64,000 nt of DNA from a virus: positions 11,594-75,593 of IMG/VR virus record IMGVR_UViG_3300032268_001411. The stretch is one strand, 5' to 3'. Below are positions 60,064-64,000 of the stretch, piece by piece. Position numbers and translations under genes: made by a program. A model generated the notes under the pieces. The model had not been told where the DNA came from, did not search any database, and saw nothing but the letters and a program-made list of their open reading frames with translations. The stretch's first letter is position 1. Each line of letters opens with the position of its first letter.

Positions 60064-60732
60064 ATGATTAGGAAGTTTAATGATTTCAAGGTAAATGAGT
60101 TGAATACGTCCACATATTTATCTGCTGCGAATAAGTTTAAAAAATTGGGACATGAAAAAAGAGCATCGGAGTTAAGTTTTTGGGCACACAATAAGGATTC
60201 TTATAAATTTGGTACTTTCAGTATCAAAGCTGATGTTTGGAATGGCAAGTATGGAAATTTTATTGCACCTATTAGTGATAGAGAGATATATAATAAGGAG
60301 AAAAATAAATATAAAATTAAGCAAGAAGGACCCATTGATGTTTATATAAATTTTGATTCAAATAAAGATTTTTATTATGATGATCCAGAATTTGATGCTA
60401 TTTGCATATCTGTTTATGGAACATCAAAAGAGCATGACATTACTGATTCATTATTCACTATTGTATTAAAGGTAAAGCATGAGGATGATGGAGGATTTGT
60501 ATTGACTGGAGAAACTTTTATTGATCCAACAATTTCAAGTCAACACGAAGGAAAAATATTGTTTGATGACAGGGGTTCTGTAAACAGATTCAAAAGAAAT
60601 TTCTTAAATGAAAATTTTCCTAAATATGTAGATGGATTAAGAGAAATATTTTTAGAGTTATCAACACATGAAGAATATCAAAAAATGGTAAAATTACTAA
60701 GTGAAATTTCAGTAAACCAACTTTATAATTAA
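60064..60732 (+). CDS. Hypothetical protein with CTS-like leader
   Basis: MIRKFNDFKVNE. Confidence 0.7.
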   Translation: MIRKFNDFKVNELNTSTYLSAANKFKKLGHEKRASELSFWAHNKDSYKFGTFSIKADVWNGKYGNFIAPISDREIYNKEKNKYKIKQEGPIDVYINFDSNKDFYYDDPEFDAICISVYGTSKEHDITDSLFTIVLKVKHEDDGGFVLTGETFIDPTISSQHEGKILFDDRGSVNRFKRNFLNENFPKYVDGLREIFLELSTHEEYQKMVKLLSEISVNQLYN

Positions 60733-60790
60733 ATAGAAAAACAGTCTTATATTCAAGACTGTTTTAATATATAAAAGAAAATAAAATTTA

Positions 60791-61978
60791 ATGAGTGCAA
60801 TACAGGGTCCAAGATTAGTAACAAATGATTTAGTCTTTTATGTTGATGCTGGAAATACAAAAGGTTATGATGGATTTGAAAATTTAGTTACTAACAGCGA
60901 GACATTCAATCTTTGGCCTATAAACAACGGTAGTGCAATTACTATTTCTGTTAATGCTGAAACAGCTCCGAATGGAACCCTAACAGCAGACACTTTTGCA
61001 CAAAGTGCGGCTTTGAGTGCAACCAGATACTTAGCATCAAACTTATCTGTATCATATACTGGACAAACATACACTATTAGTTGTTGGGTTAAAAAAGTCA
61101 GTGGTACTGATCTTGGTGGACAACTTTATTTTCAGTTTATTGGTGATCCTACTAGAAATAGTTTAATTAATGCTACAAGTGACTGGCAAAGATTTAGTTG
61201 GACCCAAACTTTACCTATCAGTGGAGGTGCTATTATAGGATTCCAATCTACTTGGGATATAAACGGTGCTGCAAATAATAATGTTTATGCCCTTTGGGGA
61301 TTTCAAGTAGAACTTAGCCAGACTATGGGTGAGTATTATCCAACAACAACTACAACTAAATTAAGAGGCAATCCTCTCTATGATATAAGTAAGAATGATT
61401 ATACTGGTAGTTTAATTAATTCTCCGATTTTTAATACCGGAAATAGAGGAAACATTACACTTGATGGTGTTAATGAGTATGTTAACTTTGGTGATGTTCT
61501 AAGTTTTGGTACGAGTAGTGTAACTTTAGGTGCTTGGATTAAGACTACAGCTAGCCAAGATTATGCCACAATAATTGGAAAACCTTTTTTCGGTGGAAAA
61601 ATTGGTAGATACAGTCTACACACTAAGTCCAATGGAAAATTAGGGATCATTACACATCCCTCTACAGGTACGGTCGAAACAGAAACAGCAGAAAATTTAA
61701 TCAATACTGGAAATTGGACATTTGTGGTTGGTGTGATTGACAGAAATTTAGGTAATTTATTATATATTAACGCTGAGTTAGAAAGTCAAATAGCTAGTGT
61801 TTCAACTGGTGAAAATTGGTCTACGACTGATGATTTTACTATTGGATATTATAATGGAAATGGTTCTGGGTATTTTAACGGTTCAGTAGCCCTGGCGTTT
61901 GTTTATTATAGAGCATTAACAGGGGAAGAGATATTGCAAAACTATAACAGAATGAAATCGAGATTCGGGATAAGTTAA
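60791..61978 (+). CDS. LamG/concanavalin-A-like virion fibre protein with an inserted carbohydrate-binding-like domain
   Basis: LVFYVDAG, ETAPNGTLTAD, WGFQVE, LDGVNEYV, YYRALTGEEILQNYN. Confidence 0.75.
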   Translation: MSAIQGPRLVTNDLVFYVDAGNTKGYDGFENLVTNSETFNLWPINNGSAITISVNAETAPNGTLTADTFAQSAALSATRYLASNLSVSYTGQTYTISCWVKKVSGTDLGGQLYFQFIGDPTRNSLINATSDWQRFSWTQTLPISGGAIIGFQSTWDINGAANNNVYALWGFQVELSQTMGEYYPTTTTTKLRGNPLYDISKNDYTGSLINSPIFNTGNRGNITLDGVNEYVNFGDVLSFGTSSVTLGAWIKTTASQDYATIIGKPFFGGKIGRYSLHTKSNGKLGIITHPSTGTVETETAENLINTGNWTFVVGVIDRNLGNLLYINAELESQIASVSTGENWSTTDDFTIGYYNGNGSGYFNGSVALAFVYYRALTGEEILQNYNRMKSRFGIS

Positions 61979-62018
61979 TTATTTTTTAAACCATGTCAAT
62001 TTATAGAATATAAATTGT

Positions 62019-62852
62019 ATGTCATTAAGAAGCGATATCAATAAATACACACCCAGAAAAGAGCAAACTGACGCTCTCGAATTCGTTAAAAAAACCTATA
62101 GTGAAAATGCTAAAATAAAGTTTTTTCTCTTAGATTTACCTGTTGGTGTTGGTAAATCACACTTAGCTATGATGCTAGCAGATTGGTATTCAAGAGCCAA
62201 TAATGGGACTAAAATCGATATTATTACTGCTGGAAAAATCCTACAAGATCAATATGACATCAGTTATGAATCTATCAATAACCTAAAGGGTAAAGAGAAC
62301 TATGATTGTAATCAATATGCCTGTTCTTGTGCTAACGGTAAAGAATTCAATAGATTAAATAAAACTAGTTGTGATTCTTGTCCTTATGATGGTGCTAGAA
62401 ATGGATACATTTCCGGTAAAGTTAGCTTAACAAATTTTCATCTTTACTTAACTTATGCTCTTTATAATCAAAATATAGTAGAGGGAAGAGAGTCTACTAT
62501 GTTGATAGTTGACGAGTGTTTACATCCTGATACGGAAATCACCTTACATGATTTTTCTAAGAAAAGAATATCTGATGTAAACATTGGTGATTTGGTTTGG
62601 ACAATAAATGAGAGTAATGGAGAATTAGAAATTAAAGAAGTTGAATTTGTCTATAAAAATTTAAACAAAGGTCAACAAATGTATGAACTTGAAATGGACA
62701 ATGGTGATATAATTCAAATAACTGGAAATCACAAAGTAAAATTAAAAAGCGGAATATGGAAAAAGGTTGAAGACTTATCTATAGAGGATGAAATTATAGA
62801 TATATACTATAAAACCGAATGCCATGAAATTGACAACAATGGAAAAAGATAG
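62019..62852 (+). CDS. DinG/Rad3-like helicase N-terminal fragment fused to an N-intein (Cys1 at 62517)
   Basis: PVGVGKS, LQDQY, KGKENYDC, CPY, LIVDE then CLHPDTEI...ITGNHKV. Confidence 0.9.
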   Translation: MSLRSDINKYTPRKEQTDALEFVKKTYSENAKIKFFLLDLPVGVGKSHLAMMLADWYSRANNGTKIDIITAGKILQDQYDISYESINNLKGKENYDCNQYACSCANGKEFNRLNKTSCDSCPYDGARNGYISGKVSLTNFHLYLTYALYNQNIVEGRESTMLIVDECLHPDTEITLHDFSKKRISDVNIGDLVWTINESNGELEIKEVEFVYKNLNKGQQMYELEMDNGDIIQITGNHKVKLKSGIWKKVEDLSIEDEIIDIYYKTECHEIDNNGKR

Positions 62853-63681
62853 TATCTATGATTTGATGTATATTAATAGGAAAAAATATTTGTTTTATAA
62901 TAATAAAAAATTAATTGAGAATTTTTTCCAATTGAATAAAATAGAATTGGATATCGAATTTGAAAGTTTTTCTGAAATTTTTGAATATTTAACAGAACAT
63001 TGGGATAAAAAATGTAAAAATGAAGAGTGTGAAAATATCAGAAAATTAGTAGCATTATTACCAAAGAGAAGTGATTATCATAATGTAAAGAGAATACATG
63101 GGATATTCAAGTATTGTGGAAAATCTTGTAATTATCAATCGATATCAAAGAGGCAGATGGGTGATAAAAATACATCTCATAGAATGAGTAAAGAAACATT
63201 GGAGAATATGAAGTTGAAAAATTCGATTCTTATGAAAGAAAAAATTAAAAATGGTGAATTTATACCAAATGTGACAAATTCTTGGGCTAAATCTAGATGT
63301 GATTTGAAATTTTATAGAGATGGTATATTAGTTGAAATTAAACTCAGATCAACTTGGGATGCTTATTTCCAACTCTATAACAAAAAATTTCTATATGAGA
63401 AAGTAGTTATACCATATAAATACAAAGATGTTGAAAAAAACTATATAGTTGATTTTGTTGACTTGGAGAATAAAATTTTATACGAGATAAAGCCAAATTC
63501 AACCTATAATGACCCAAAAAACATATCCAAATTTGAAAGTGCAAAAAAATGGTGTGTTAATAATGGATATGAATATAAAATAATAACAGACGAATGGTTC
63601 AAAGAAAATTATGATGAATCGTTAGTTTTTGGACAACCATCTGAAGAAAAAATATTAAGAAATTTAAAACAATTCAAATGA
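62824..63681 (+). CDS. Free-standing PD-(D/E)XK endonuclease (TnsA-N-like)
   Basis: RSTWD, YIVDFVD, YEIKP, K..A..WC; lies between the intein halves. Confidence 0.75.
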   Translation: MKLTTMEKDSIYDLMYINRKKYLFYNNKKLIENFFQLNKIELDIEFESFSEIFEYLTEHWDKKCKNEECENIRKLVALLPKRSDYHNVKRIHGIFKYCGKSCNYQSISKRQMGDKNTSHRMSKETLENMKLKNSILMKEKIKNGEFIPNVTNSWAKSRCDLKFYRDGILVEIKLRSTWDAYFQLYNKKFLYEKVVIPYKYKDVEKNYIVDFVDLENKILYEIKPNSTYNDPKNISKFESAKKWCVNNGYEYKIITDEWFKENYDESLVFGQPSEEKILRNLKQFK

Positions 63682-64000
63682 AGATTAAAAGTATAAAAAA
63701 AATAGACTATAAAGATGATGTTTACAATTTGAGAATAAAAGACAACCACAACTATTTTGCTAATAATCATTGTGTAAGTAATTGTCATGAACTAGATTCT
63801 GTAATGAGTGATTTTATTTCAATAAAAATTACCGAGAATGTAGTAAAGAAATTGAAATTCACTAACGAGGCAAAAGTCTTGAAAGCCTTAAAGTCAGTAT
63901 CTTCTATTTCTGAGTATGTCAAGTTTTTAGAGTTTATGAAAGTAGAATTAGCTGTGACTGTTGCATCTTTAGATAGTTCGATGCAAGGTGATAGAAGTGC
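63678..64000 (+). CDS. 35-aa C-intein fused to the helicase C-terminal part, runs off the right edge
   Basis: Not in the ORF track; MKIKSIKKIDYKDDVYNLRIKDNHNYFANNHCVSN/CHELDSVMSDF. Confidence 0.9.
   Translation, partial: MKIKSIKKIDYKDDVYNLRIKDNHNYFANNHCVSNCHELDSVMSDFISIKITENVVKKLKFTNEAKVLKALKSVSSISEYVKFLEFMKVELAVTVASLDSSMQGDRS

Noticed and set aside
1-64000. Stop-codon reassignment as in some jumbo phages
   Set aside because: Core genes are full length in the standard code, and TAA, TAG and TGA all end genes; the breaks are explained by inteins or splits

Overview
This is a very AT-rich, gene-dense segment of a large T4-like (jumbo) myovirus genome. The host is probably Bacteroidota, inferred from the lack of Shine-Dalgarno motifs, a TAnnTTTG element and a tmRNA tag that resumes at GGC. 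It holds the head morphogenesis core (terminase, gp4, gp2, portal, protease-scaffold fusion, major capsid), gp25, gp15, a clamp loader, a gp55-like late sigma factor, the N-terminal half of a PolB, a DinG-like helicase, thyA, a Nei glycosylase, a Dam-like methylase, ClpS and many homing-endonuclease-like genes. Five things stand out. (1) Two fractured genes, terminase and helicase, are each broken into split-intein halves with a free-standing endonuclease between them, and the terminase intein is atypically split. (2) Three degenerate miniature paralogs of essential proteins (prohead protease, major capsid, PolB palm) share an R-[DE]-x-x-[IL]-[DNE]-x-[IL] motif and may be decoys. (3) About 17 unrelated ORFs share a T4 capsid-targeting-like N-terminal leader, and most sit behind a TAATATATA late-promoter motif. 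(4) The phage carries a tmRNA with a 28-residue tag, plus NFACT-R and ClpS genes. (5) Three 22-aa repeat genes have hypervariable positions and cassette-like junctions. All calls come from motif recognition by eye; no database search was run.
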